64,000 nt of DNA, taken from positions 2,752,001 to 2,816,000 of the forward strand of contig OY820591.1 of assembly GCA_963555985.3 (NCBI GenBank), given 5' to 3'. Within the stretch, counting starts at the first letter, position 1. Each line of letters starts with the position of its first letter. Positions 19,725 to 29,337 of the stretch are shown here, in pieces. Origin of the DNA: Dehalococcoidia bacterium (GTDB lineage Bacteria > Chloroflexota > Dehalococcoidia > Bin125). The translations under genes were made by a program, and so were the position numbers. The notes under the pieces are model-generated. The model ran no database searches. It was given only the letters and a program-made list of their open reading frames with translations, and had not been told where the DNA came from.

Positions 19725-20579
19725 TTAGCCACCGTGCTCGTAGATGCCGCGCCCAGTCTTGCGACCCAGACGACCCGCCGAAACGAGCCGCCTCAGGATC
19801 GTCGGGGGCGCCAGGGTTGGGTCGCCGATTTCGCGCTGCATACTCTCGGCCACATCCAGCAGCACGTCCAAGCCGACCAGATCGGCGGTCGCCAGTGGCC
19901 CCAACGAATGCCCAAGCCCAAGCTGGCAGGCTTGGTCAATGTCCTCCGCCGAGGCGACGCCCGACTCCCACAAGCGCAAGGCTGATAGACAGAACGGCAC
20001 CAGCAGCCGATTGACGATGAAGGCGGGCGTGTCCTTGACTCGTACCGGCGACTTGCCCGTCGCCTCGACGAACGCCCAGGCTGCCGACACCGCTTCTTCG
20101 GATGCGGTCAGCGGTACGACGACCTCTACCAGCGGCAGCACCTGCGCGGGATTGAAGTAGTGCAGCCCGACGACCCGCGAGGGGTCGTTCATGCGCTCGG
20201 CGATTTCCTGGACTGAGAGCGAGGACGTATTGGTGGCGATGAACTGCGCCTCGGTGCAGATCCGTTCGAGTTGCACGAAGATGCTCTGCTTGAGCTCGAT
20301 GTTCTCTGAGACTGCTTCGATCACGCCGTCCGAGCCGGCCAGCGCTTCTAGATCGGTGTCCAAGGAGAGTCGTCCCAGCGCCGCCTCCCCTTGCTCCTCG
20401 GAGATTCGCCCGCGCGACTGCAAGCGGCTGACGCCGGCGCGGATTACCGACTGGGCCTGTGCGAGTTGACCTTCATCGACATCGACCAGCGTCACCTCGA
20501 CGTCTGCCAACAGCGCCGTCTGCGCGATCCCGGAGCCCATCGTGCCTGCGCCCAGGACACCGAGTCGCTGCACACTCAT
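19725..20579 (-). CDS. 3-hydroxyacyl(butyryl)-CoA dehydrogenase
   Basis: GAGTMGSGIA, IEAVSE, TNTSSL, GLHYFNPA, FIVNRLL, GRLGRKTGRG. Confidence 0.95.
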   Translation of the reverse strand: MSVQRLGVLGAGTMGSGIAQTALLADVEVTLVDVDEGQLAQAQSVIRAGVSRLQSRGRISEEQGEAALGRLSLDTDLEALAGSDGVIEAVSENIELKQSIFVQLERICTEAQFIATNTSSLSVQEIAERMNDPSRVVGLHYFNPAQVLPLVEVVVPLTASEEAVSAAWAFVEATGKSPVRVKDTPAFIVNRLLVPFCLSALRLWESGVASAEDIDQACQLGLGHSLGPLATADLVGLDVLLDVAESMQREIGDPTLAPPTILRRLVSAGRLGRKTGRGIYEHGG

Positions 20580-20689
20580 CAGTAATCCCCCGTACCTTCC
20601 GAATTGAGCCCCAGGTCAAGGCCGATTCGCAGCATACCGACGGCGATCCGCAGCTCAAGCGGATAGACTCGTGCCACGGAGGGAGCCCA

Positions 20690-21061
20690 ATGGTCAAGAC
20701 CTGCGACTGGCGAGACTGCAGCGCCCCCATCTACCGGAAACACATTCATCCCGCCACCCTCTATGAGCAGGACGTGTGCCTGACCCACTGGGCATTCCTC
20801 CGGCATACGGATGTGCTCGATACCCACACCCGTCAACTCAGCGAGCACAAAGATCTCTTGGCTGCGCTGGTAGAAGGCCAGAAAGCCTTGGTAGAAGGTC
20901 AAAACAGGCAGAACCTTATCCTCGAGCGCCACTCGCAGCAACTCGACCGCCACGAACAGCTGCTCGACCAGCTGACTAACCAACAGATCCGCCTGAACGA
21001 ACGTTTTGACCGCCTGATTGATGTGCTGGAACCAGTGCTCGTACAAGCCCACTCTCACTGA
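20690..21061 (+). CDS. Hypothetical protein: N-terminal Cys/His cluster plus coiled coil
   Basis: ATG after GGAG; CxxxxC..HxH..CxxH followed by heptad repeats (LVEGQKA LVEGQ). Confidence 0.6.
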   Translation: MVKTCDWRDCSAPIYRKHIHPATLYEQDVCLTHWAFLRHTDVLDTHTRQLSEHKDLLAALVEGQKALVEGQNRQNLILERHSQQLDRHEQLLDQLTNQQIRLNERFDRLIDVLEPVLVQAHSH

Positions 21062-21177
21062 GTCCGGGCCGCAATGCCCGGCGGAATTCGCCGCCCCGCC
21101 ACGTACTGTCAGATCCGCAAGCGCCGTTAGGCTATCTGGGATGGCCAGAGATCACGTTGGACACTGAGGAGCCCACG

Positions 21178-22185
21178 ATGACCCGACGCATTGGCATGGG
21201 ATTCGACTGGCAAGGCTCGATGAACCGCGAGACGGCGCTCAAGCGCGCTCAGATCGCCGACGAGGTCGGGATCGACTCGCTCTGGGTCGCGGAGGCCTGG
21301 GGGCAGGATGCCTTCACCACGCTCGTCCAGCTCGCGGAACGGACGCAGAGCGTTCAGGTCGGCACGAGCATCGTCAACATCTACTCGCGCACCCCGGCCG
21401 CGCTGGCGCAACACTTCGCCACCATCGACGAACTCTCCGAAGGCCGCGTGATCGTCGGTTTGGGCAACAGCGGGCCGCTCGTGATCGAGCACTTTCACGG
21501 CGTGCCTTTCCAGCCCGCCTTCAAGCGGATGCGCGAGACCGTCGAGATCATGAAGATCCTGTTCTCCGGTCAGCGCCTCAACTACGACGGCGACATTTTC
21601 AAGCTCCAGCGCGGCTTCACCCTGCGCTTCGACACCTACCGCAAGCAGGTGCCGATCTACCTGGCGACGCTCAACCCCAAGTCGGTCAGGATGACCGCCG
21701 AGATCTCCGACGGCTGGCTGCCGGTGATGATTCCGCTTGACCGGCTGGCGGAGGAGATCGGCCAAGTCAACCAGTGGGTGGTCGAAGCGGGTAAAGACCC
21801 GGCTGACTTCACCGTCCGCGCGCCGGGCGGCGTCACCGTCGCCAATACTCCCGAAGCCAAGGGCCGCGCCCGCGCCGCCCAAGCCGGCACGCTCGCCTTT
21901 TACTGCGCGCGGATGGGCGAGTTCTACTATCGCCAACTCTCGCGTCAGGGCTACGAAGACGAAGCCAACGCCGTCCGCATCGCCTGGCAGGACGGCGGCG
22001 GCGCAGCCGGCGCTCAGGCGATCCCCGAGGACATGCTGCTCCAGTTCGGTTTCGTCGGCACGACCGAAGAGTGCGTCGAACGTCTGGAACAGGAGCAGGC
22101 CGCCGGCGCGCTGCTGCACTCGGTCAACGTGATGGAGCAGGACCCCAACGAGTTCGGGAAGATTCTCGAAGCGCTCAAGGGCTAA
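21178..22185 (+). CDS. LLM-class flavin/F420-dependent oxidoreductase
   Basis: LWVAEAWGQDA, GTSIVNIYSRTPA, SEGRVIVGLG, DGWLP. Confidence 0.93.
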   Translation: MTRRIGMGFDWQGSMNRETALKRAQIADEVGIDSLWVAEAWGQDAFTTLVQLAERTQSVQVGTSIVNIYSRTPAALAQHFATIDELSEGRVIVGLGNSGPLVIEHFHGVPFQPAFKRMRETVEIMKILFSGQRLNYDGDIFKLQRGFTLRFDTYRKQVPIYLATLNPKSVRMTAEISDGWLPVMIPLDRLAEEIGQVNQWVVEAGKDPADFTVRAPGGVTVANTPEAKGRARAAQAGTLAFYCARMGEFYYRQLSRQGYEDEANAVRIAWQDGGGAAGAQAIPEDMLLQFGFVGTTEECVERLEQEQAAGALLHSVNVMEQDPNEFGKILEALKG

Positions 22186-22218
22186 GGTGGAACCAGCGAC
22201 GGCGCTGGAGTCCCCACA

Positions 22219-23673
22219 ATGGCCGATCCCAACTGGGCCAACCGCACCATCTGGACTGCCGACAACCTCGATGTCATGCGCGGCATGAACTCGGAGTCGG
22301 TGGATCTGATCTATCTGGATCCGCCCTTCAACAGCAACCGGGACTACGCCGCCCCGATTGGCTCCGCCGCCGCCGAAGCTGCCTTCAAAGACACTTGGAC
22401 GCTCAGCGACGTAGATCTCGCCTGGCACGGCGAGATCGCAGAATCGAATCCGGACCTCTACGGCATCGTCGACGCTGCCGGACTCGGCCACAGCAAGCCG
22501 ATGAAGGCCTACCTGATCATGATGATCGTGCGCCTGGTCGAGATGCGCCGCATCCTCAAGCCGAACGGCAGCATCTACTTGCACTGCGATCCGACCGCCA
22601 ACGCCTGGTTGACCGCGGCCATGGATTGCGTTTTCGGACAGGAGCAGTTCCAGCAAGTCATCATCTGGAAACGCACATCAGCGCACAACGACCGGCTCTT
22701 CGGCAGTGTCTGCGACACCATCCTCTACTACGCCCGCGAAGGCGCAACGCAAAACCTGGACCACATCCGCGTCCCCTTGGATCGGGACTACGTAGACAGC
22801 TTCTACCGTCACGAGGACGAACGCGGACGATATCGAGCGGGCGATCTCACGGCAGCCGGTGAACGGACAGGCGAGTCGGGCGAGCCGTGGCGCGGTATCG
22901 ACCCAACCGAAGTGAGCCGCCACTGGGCGGTACCGCGCACCGGCGCATACGCCGACTACATTGTCCGCTTCCTGCCGGACTATCTCGAAATCGAAAGTTC
23001 GCTGGCCCGTCTCGATACCTTGGACGAGGCCGGTTTCATTCATTGGCCAGCGGAGCCGGGTGGCGTCCCTCAGCTCAAGCGCTACCTCGACGCTTCACCC
23101 GGTCAGATCCCGGGCAATCTCTGGGACGACATCCCGCCACTGGGCGCGCGTGCCAAGGAACGGGTCGGCTATCCCACTCAGAAACCGCTCCGTTTGCTGG
23201 AGCGGATCATCCTCGCTTCCTCCAACCCGGGTGATGTCGTGCTCGATCCGTTCTGCGGCTGTGCGACCGCCTGCGTCGCCGCCGAGAAGCTGGACCGTCA
23301 GTGGGCCGGGATTGACCTCTCACCCGTCGCGCACGCGCTGGCGCACACACGCTTTCAGAACGAGTTGGGACTCACCTCTTTCAGCGTCACGCATCGCAGC
23401 GACATCCCCCAACGCACCGATTTGGGCGTCCTGCCCTCTTACAAGACGCATAAGCACACCCTCTACGGCAGGCAGGAGGGACTCTGCACCGGTTGCAACA
23501 CGCTCTTCCCCTTCCGCAATATGACGATTGTCCACATCCTCGCCCGCTCGCGCGGGGGCAGCGATCACTTCGACAACCTGCAACTGCTCTGCAACGCCTG
23601 CAACTCGCTCAAGGGCGCGAACTCGCAGGAGTGGTTCGTGGCCGAACTGCTCCAGCGCGGGATTCGCAACTGA
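22219..23673 (+). CDS. Beta-class DNA methyltransferase fused to C-terminal HNH domain (copy 1)
   Basis: IYLDPPFN (motif IV), YPTQKP, LDPFCGCAT (motif I); C-terminal CxxC...H...GG...NLQLLCxxCN. Confidence 0.93.
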   Translation: MADPNWANRTIWTADNLDVMRGMNSESVDLIYLDPPFNSNRDYAAPIGSAAAEAAFKDTWTLSDVDLAWHGEIAESNPDLYGIVDAAGLGHSKPMKAYLIMMIVRLVEMRRILKPNGSIYLHCDPTANAWLTAAMDCVFGQEQFQQVIIWKRTSAHNDRLFGSVCDTILYYAREGATQNLDHIRVPLDRDYVDSFYRHEDERGRYRAGDLTAAGERTGESGEPWRGIDPTEVSRHWAVPRTGAYADYIVRFLPDYLEIESSLARLDTLDEAGFIHWPAEPGGVPQLKRYLDASPGQIPGNLWDDIPPLGARAKERVGYPTQKPLRLLERIILASSNPGDVVLDPFCGCATACVAAEKLDRQWAGIDLSPVAHALAHTRFQNELGLTSFSVTHRSDIPQRTDLGVLPSYKTHKHTLYGRQEGLCTGCNTLFPFRNMTIVHILARSRGGSDHFDNLQLLCNACNSLKGANSQEWFVAELLQRGIRN

Positions 23674-23719
23674 CGGCTAGGGTGAGAGCAACCGGCGACT
23701 GAGGTGGGAAGGCGTCGCG

Positions 23720-25168
23720 ATGGCAGATCCCAACTGGGCCAACCGCACCATCTGGACTGCCGACAACCTCGATGTCATGCGCGGCATGAACAGCGAGTCG
23801 GTGGATCTGATCTATCTGGATCTACCCTTCAACACCAATCGGGATTACGAAGCGCCAATCGGCAGCGAAGCTGCGGGCGCTGCGTTTAAGGACACTTGGA
23901 CGCTCAGCGACGTCGACGAAGCCTGGCATGGTGAAGTCGCTGAGCGTCAACCGGGCGTCTACGCCGCCTGCGACGCAGCAGGCGCGATCCATGGCTCGCC
24001 CATGAAGGCGTATCTCATCTACATGGGCGTTCGCCTCCTGGAGATGCGCCGCCTGCTCAAGCCCACCGGCAGCATCTATCTCCACTGCGATCCCACTGCC
24101 GGCCACTACCTCAAGATGCTGTTGGACGCCGTCTTCGGACAAGCGAATTTTCGCAACGAGATCGTCTGGAAGCGGACAAACCACTCGAAAGGCACCGGCG
24201 ATGCCGATCGGACCTTCGGCTCTGTCACCGATTCGATCTTTTTCTACACGATGAGCGGCTCTTACGACTTGCACCCACGCGACGAAGAGCGAATCCCCGG
24301 CCCTCCGCGAAACGGCGAGTACGACGACGAGCAAGGGCGCCGTTATCGCTCCGGCCCGCTTGATGCGGAAGGAACGCGGGAGGGTACCTCCGGCCAGCCC
24401 TGGCGCGATACCGATCCAACATCCGTCGGACGGCACTGGGCTGTGCCCGGCCGGGACAAGATGCCGGATTGGGTTGAGCTCCCGGACGAGTATGAAGACC
24501 TGTCCACGCAAGAGAAGCTCGACGTACTCAATGCAGCCGGCATGATTCACTGGCCGCGCCGCAGAGGCGGCAAACCCCGTTTTCGTCTCTACGCAGATGT
24601 CGATGATCGGCTCAAGAGCCTATGGGACGACATCAACCGGGCAGGCGGCTCGGAACGAACCGGCTACCGAACCCAGAAGCCGCTGAAGCTGCTCAAGCGA
24701 ATCATCGGGGCGTCGTCCAACGAAGGTGAGGTCGTGCTCGATCCGTTCTGCGGTTGCGCTACTGCTTGTGTCGCTGCTGAGGACCTGGGCCGGCAATGGG
24801 TTGGCATCGACTTGTCGGAGATGGCCGACCAGCTCGTGCGATCGCGATTTCGGCGCGAACTCGGCCTCACCTCGTTCACTGTTACGCATCGCAGCGACAT
24901 CCCCCAACGCACCGATTTGGGCGTCCTGCCCTCTTACAAGACGCACAAGCACACGCTCTACGGCAGGCAGGAGGGACTTTGCGCCGGTTGCAACACGCTC
25001 TTCCCCTTCCGCAATATGACGATTGTCCATATCATCGCCCGCTCGCGCGGGGGCAGCGATCACTTCGACAACCTGCAACTGCTCTGCAACGCCTGCAACT
25101 CGCTCAAGGGCGCGAACTCGCAGGAGTGGTTCGTGGCCGAACTGCTCGAGCGCGGGATTCGCAACTGA
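23720..25168 (+). CDS. Beta-class DNA methyltransferase fused to C-terminal HNH domain (copy 2, DLPF variant)
   Basis: Same architecture; motif IV reads DLPF; YRTQKP, LDPFCGCAT; HNH tail nearly identical to copy 1. Confidence 0.92.
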   Translation: MADPNWANRTIWTADNLDVMRGMNSESVDLIYLDLPFNTNRDYEAPIGSEAAGAAFKDTWTLSDVDEAWHGEVAERQPGVYAACDAAGAIHGSPMKAYLIYMGVRLLEMRRLLKPTGSIYLHCDPTAGHYLKMLLDAVFGQANFRNEIVWKRTNHSKGTGDADRTFGSVTDSIFFYTMSGSYDLHPRDEERIPGPPRNGEYDDEQGRRYRSGPLDAEGTREGTSGQPWRDTDPTSVGRHWAVPGRDKMPDWVELPDEYEDLSTQEKLDVLNAAGMIHWPRRRGGKPRFRLYADVDDRLKSLWDDINRAGGSERTGYRTQKPLKLLKRIIGASSNEGEVVLDPFCGCATACVAAEDLGRQWVGIDLSEMADQLVRSRFRRELGLTSFTVTHRSDIPQRTDLGVLPSYKTHKHTLYGRQEGLCAGCNTLFPFRNMTIVHIIARSRGGSDHFDNLQLLCNACNSLKGANSQEWFVAELLERGIRN

Positions 25169-25171
25169 CGG

Positions 25172-26269
25172 CTAGGCCGCCCATTCGATCCACCAGCCGT
25201 GCGGCGACGACTTCGCCAGCAACTGACGCTCGTACCGACCATCCACGAAGCGCGTGATTGCGAGCTGCGGGTCTTTGGTGTCGGCGATGTCGTCGAGGTA
25301 GAGCTCCAGCGTGACCAGCCAGAGCGGACGCTCGCGGCTGGTGTGTGCGAGTGTCTGCATCAGCCGTTGCCGGCCTTCGGCGGGGAACTGGTAGAGCGCG
25401 ACGGTGGAGTAGACCGTCAGCGCAGCGTCGGCCGGGGTTTCGGCGATCATCTGCGGAAGCAGCTCAACTGCGTCTCCGGCTCGGAGATCGACGGGTGAGG
25501 CCGACAACTCCGCGGCGCTGTCGATTAGACGTTGATGGCGCTCGACGTGTTCGGGCCAGATCAGGGCGCGGAGCCAGCGCAACTCTTCGGGATCGGTGAG
25601 GTCGATCGGATTGAGATCGATCCCGCCCCGGAACCAGACCATGAGCTCATCGGCCAGCGGCGGCAACTCACCCGCGCCGCGCAGTTCCGCCTCTAGCGAC
25701 ACTCGCGCATCCTCGCGGCCCCAGGACGCGGTTTCGTGGCCGCCGCGCAGGTAGCGATAGCGGTAGCGGTCGACGTTGAGGTTGAGTCCGGCGCTGGCGC
25801 CGACGTCGATCAGAGCGAGCGGACGGCCCGACTCGGCCTGCACGATGGAGAAGGTGGGCAGCAGGCAGGTGCAGCGGCGGACTACGTTGGTCTGGGTGCG
25901 ATGGGTGCGGATCAGGTCGATGATCTGCTCGCGGTAGGTGAGGCAGAAGTCGCGGAAGTGGGGGAAGGCGGGCGTCATGGGACGCTCTGCGCCTGCGACG
26001 ATCGGATAGTGGGCCGCGAGTGGGTGCTTCGCGTATTCGCCGCCGCTGAGGAGCAGGTATTGGACGGCGGCGAAGAACATGTTGGGCGCGGGTTGGCGGC
26101 GGCGCTTTTGGGCGGCGATGGCGAGCAACTCGGGATCGAGTGAGACCCCGTAGGCGAGTTCGGCGTACATCGGCGAGGCGAGCCCGGGCGTCTCGATCCG
26201 GGCGAAGCGGTGGAAGACGTCGCGGTAGTGCGCCGCGGTTGGCGCATCGATGCCGTCTCGCTGCGTCAT
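25172..26269 (-). CDS. DUF2332-family protein
   Basis: SPMYAEL, TQTNVVRRC, DVGASAGLNL, GIDLNP, WLRALIWP, PHGWWIEW. Confidence 0.85.
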   Translation of the reverse strand: MTQRDGIDAPTAAHYRDVFHRFARIETPGLASPMYAELAYGVSLDPELLAIAAQKRRRQPAPNMFFAAVQYLLLSGGEYAKHPLAAHYPIVAGAERPMTPAFPHFRDFCLTYREQIIDLIRTHRTQTNVVRRCTCLLPTFSIVQAESGRPLALIDVGASAGLNLNVDRYRYRYLRGGHETASWGREDARVSLEAELRGAGELPPLADELMVWFRGGIDLNPIDLTDPEELRWLRALIWPEHVERHQRLIDSAAELSASPVDLRAGDAVELLPQMIAETPADAALTVYSTVALYQFPAEGRQRLMQTLAHTSRERPLWLVTLELYLDDIADTKDPQLAITRFVDGRYERQLLAKSSPHGWWIEWAA

Positions 26270-26279
26270 TGCACCAGCG

Positions 26280-27068
26280 CTAACTGCTGAGGAATTCGCC
26301 CAGCTTGGAGAGCACGGCTTCGGGTTCCTCGACCTGGGGCATATGGCCGGAGGCGGAGAACATGGCCAGTTCGCTGCCGGCGATGGCCTTGTTAAAATCT
26401 TCCCCGTACTGCGGGGGAACGAGGCCGTCGGAGGCGCCCCAGACGATCAGAGTCGGGGAGCTGATCCGGTGAATGCGCTCGGAGAGGCGCTTGTCGGGGA
26501 TGGGCCACATGAAGCGGGCGGCGGTCTGGAGCATCTTGGCCCGCTCGACCGTGACGGTGCGCAGCTCGTCGGGGTCGCTCGGGGGCGGTGCGGTCATCAT
26601 CTTCGCGCCCGGGTGCTCCTGGTCGTGGAACAGGGCGGGGACGAGTTCGTGCGGCATCATGGCGAAGAAGTCGGCGACCGGGTAGTCGTCGTTCCAGAGT
26701 CCGACCGGGGCGATCAGGACCAGCTTGGAGACGCGCCCGGGCTGCATCGCGGCGACCTCGGCGGCGAACCAACCGCCCATCGAGTGGCCAACCACGATCA
26801 CGTCGCCGCTGACGCCCACAGCGTCGAGGAAGTCCCAGTAGAAGTAGAAGACGTCGTGGTGGTCCATCAGCCACTCAACCCCGGTCGAGTTGGCGGTACC
26901 GGGCAGCTTGGGCGCGACCACGTGGTAGTGCTGCGAGAGCTGTTCGAGGAACGGGTCCCACATGAGACCGCCGGCACCGTGGATGAAGAGCAGATCGGGT
27001 CCCTCTCCGGCTTCCATGTAGCCGACGTTGAAGCGCCCGTTGACGACCGAGATTGTCTTGTCTTCCAT
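26280..27068 (-). CDS. Alpha/beta hydrolase
   Basis: IHGAGG, GHSMGG nucleophile elbow, WGASDGLVP, GHMPQVE. Confidence 0.92.
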   Translation of the reverse strand: MEDKTISVVNGRFNVGYMEAGEGPDLLFIHGAGGLMWDPFLEQLSQHYHVVAPKLPGTANSTGVEWLMDHHDVFYFYWDFLDAVGVSGDVIVVGHSMGGWFAAEVAAMQPGRVSKLVLIAPVGLWNDDYPVADFFAMMPHELVPALFHDQEHPGAKMMTAPPPSDPDELRTVTVERAKMLQTAARFMWPIPDKRLSERIHRISSPTLIVWGASDGLVPPQYGEDFNKAIAGSELAMFSASGHMPQVEEPEAVLSKLGEFLSS

Positions 27069-27156
27069 GACCTCGCCTCACACAAAGCAGACACAGCCTA
27101 ACCGCCGACTCTGAGCGACGGCTCTAGGCAAGGCTATGAGCGCGTTCGCGTCAGTG

Positions 27157-28470
27157 TCAATCAGCGGCGCGGGCGCGAAAGCGCCGCCGCCAGATGATCC
27201 CGCTGAGCACGACCAGGAGACCGAAGGCGAGCGTGCCGAAGGCCGCTCCGGCGGACGAATCGAATTGTCCCAGCACGAGCGTCAGACCGGCTGAGTAGAC
27301 GCCGATCACGCCGAAGGCGAAGGCGAGCCGATGCTCCCAGTAGACGCCCGCGATCAGCAATACGAGCGCCCAGACGAGGCCCAGCGCTCCCCAGCCCGGG
27401 CTGTGCGCGGCCAGGATCGAGGCTCCAGCCACGCCCGCGATCAGCAGCGTCGACTCCCAGGCAGGCGTGAGCCAGTGTCCGGCCAGGCGACCGGTCAGGC
27501 GGGGCCCGGCCAGACCGAGGGCGGTGAGTTCGAGGGCGGTCAGCAGGACGATCACGGTCAGGCCCAGGCGCGCTCCGTGATCGATGTCGGAGAGTCCGCC
27601 GGCAAGCGCGCCGACCAGGAGCAAGGCGGAGGCGGGCAAGAGTTCGGGGCGGGCGTCGCGCAGCGCCCAGCCGGTGATCACCCAGCCCGCGAGCAGGGCC
27701 ATCCAGTCGCTCACGGGGGAGGCGGACGCGCCGGCGAGTCCGAGGATGGCAACGCCCGTTCCCAAGGATGCGCCGAGCCGTCCCCAACGCGCGAGCTGGC
27801 CGTCGAGCCGGGGGCGGCTCAGCGCGTACAAGAGCGCGCCGCCGACCAGCGCGGCTACGGCGAGCGCAGCCCATTGCCGCCAGCCGTCGAGTGAGCCTTC
27901 GCTGCCATAGATGCCCGCTTCGAGTCCGCCTGCTTCGACGGCGAGCGTGAGCGGGATCAGGGCGACTGCGGCCGCGGCCGCGGCGAAGGCCAAGCGCGAG
28001 CGCACGAGCCGGACCAGTCCTGCGCCCGTCAGAGCGACACAGAGGCTGACCAGGAGCCAGCCAATCCAGACGTCGTCTTCGCCGCCGAGCTCGTCCAGCA
28101 GCGCCGCCAGCGCCGCCGCAATCAGCAGGACGGCCGCGCCGGCGCAGGCGTCCGACAGGGCGGCCGCCCCCACACGCTGCGACAGCCAGGCGGACACCGC
28201 TGCGATCACGCCGACCGCAACGCTCAAGGCGGCAAATGCGGCTGCGTCTTCGAGGACAGTTGCGCCCAGCATGTAGACGGCTGCGATCACGATCGAGACG
28301 CCGAGATAGGCGGCGGCGTCCGCTACACGTCCGTGCGCCAAGCTGCTGTTCGAGGCTTGTTCCGCTTCCCAAGCGCGAACGGAGTCCGCCGTCTGTTCGT
28401 CGACCAGGCCGGCGGCGCGCCAGCGCGCGAGGGCTGCGCTCCAGTCGTCACGGCCGAGCCATCCGGACAC
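27157..28470 (-). CDS. Polytopic membrane protein (DUF2157-like N-terminus)
   Basis: LARWRAAGLVDEQTADSVRAWE followed by many TM helices; GTG start after GAGGAGG. Confidence 0.75.
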   Translation of the reverse strand: MSGWLGRDDWSAALARWRAAGLVDEQTADSVRAWEAEQASNSSLAHGRVADAAAYLGVSIVIAAVYMLGATVLEDAAAFAALSVAVGVIAAVSAWLSQRVGAAALSDACAGAAVLLIAAALAALLDELGGEDDVWIGWLLVSLCVALTGAGLVRLVRSRLAFAAAAAAVALIPLTLAVEAGGLEAGIYGSEGSLDGWRQWAALAVAALVGGALLYALSRPRLDGQLARWGRLGASLGTGVAILGLAGASASPVSDWMALLAGWVITGWALRDARPELLPASALLLVGALAGGLSDIDHGARLGLTVIVLLTALELTALGLAGPRLTGRLAGHWLTPAWESTLLIAGVAGASILAAHSPGWGALGLVWALVLLIAGVYWEHRLAFAFGVIGVYSAGLTLVLGQFDSSAGAAFGTLAFGLLVVLSGIIWRRRFRARAAD

Positions 28471-28628
28471 GTCTTGGGCCTCCTCATAAGTCGCGGGGCA
28501 GTGTAAGCAGGGCTGCGGTCTGCTCCGAGCGCTGATTTTGAGCACGGTAGGGACTGGGCGGTCGCGGTTCGCGGCCTGACGGGGGCTGTGAGAAAAAAAC
28601 GAGGGGGTCGCCGCTTGCGGTCGGGGGA

Positions 28629-28985
28629 TTACTGCGGCTCTTCCTCTTCTTCGAGGCTGTCGTCGTCGTCCGGCAGGGGCACGTCTTCGCCGCGTATGAG
28701 GGCGACGGCGATGGCGTGGGGATGGAGGTGGAGTTCTTTCTTCTGCTCGGGAGTGAGCGGAGCTTCGGGCAGGCGGGGGGAGTGGTTGGGTCGGGGTTTG
28801 GGGGTTGGCTCGGGATGGGGTTCGAGGTCGAGCGCGTGGTGGATCTCACGGGTCTTGGCGTTGGAGGGGGAGAGTTCGCGGATGAGGAGGGCGAGCGCTT
28901 TGATGCGGACGTGTCCGGCTTCGTTGGAGTGGGCGATTTGGCCGACGCCGGTCATGCTGGACTGGTAGGTGTGGGTGAAGGGCAT
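28629..28985 (-). CDS. Small hypothetical protein in a repeat-flanked cassette
   Basis: 118 aa, AAAGGA RBS, acidic tail; downstream T-tract. Confidence 0.55.
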   Translation of the reverse strand: MPFTHTYQSSMTGVGQIAHSNEAGHVRIKALALLIRELSPSNAKTREIHHALDLEPHPEPTPKPRPNHSPRLPEAPLTPEQKKELHLHPHAIAVALIRGEDVPLPDDDDSLEEEEEPQ

Positions 28986-29114
28986 GGGGTTGTTCCTTTC
29001 TTGGGGAATGCAGGACTCTTGAGCTTATCTGGATGGATGTTCGGTGTGGTAATGGGAAGTGTGTTGTGGTTGTCGGAAGGCCAATGTGGGTTCTTTGGGG
29101 TTGTGGCGTTCTCA

Positions 29115-29325
29115 CCCCCTCTGCCCCTCTGGGGCATCTCCCTCCCCGCCTGCGCGGGGACAGGCTCTCAAGGGGGAGAGGTTTCTTGGAGGAGGTGGGT
29201 TGGGGGTTGGGTGCTGGTCACGGCGAGATACCCGCGACGGAGCGCGGGTATGACGGAGTTATCGGGCGCGGGTATGACGGAGTTGGTTGGGGGCGGGGTA
29301 ATGGAACTGGAGTGAGAATGACGGT
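29115..29325. repeat. Palindromic repeat cluster
   Basis: Double hairpin with nested tccccgcctgcgcggggacaggc insert; gagatacccgcgacggagcgcgggtatgacg at ~29224 followed by repeated right arms. Confidence 0.85.
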
Positions 29326-29337
29326 CTAGCGCGGGGA

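Noticed and set aside
22219-25168. Diversity-generating retroelement template/variable repeat pair
   Set aside because: Differences between the near-identical 3' blocks are not adenine-specific and no reverse transcriptase is in the window
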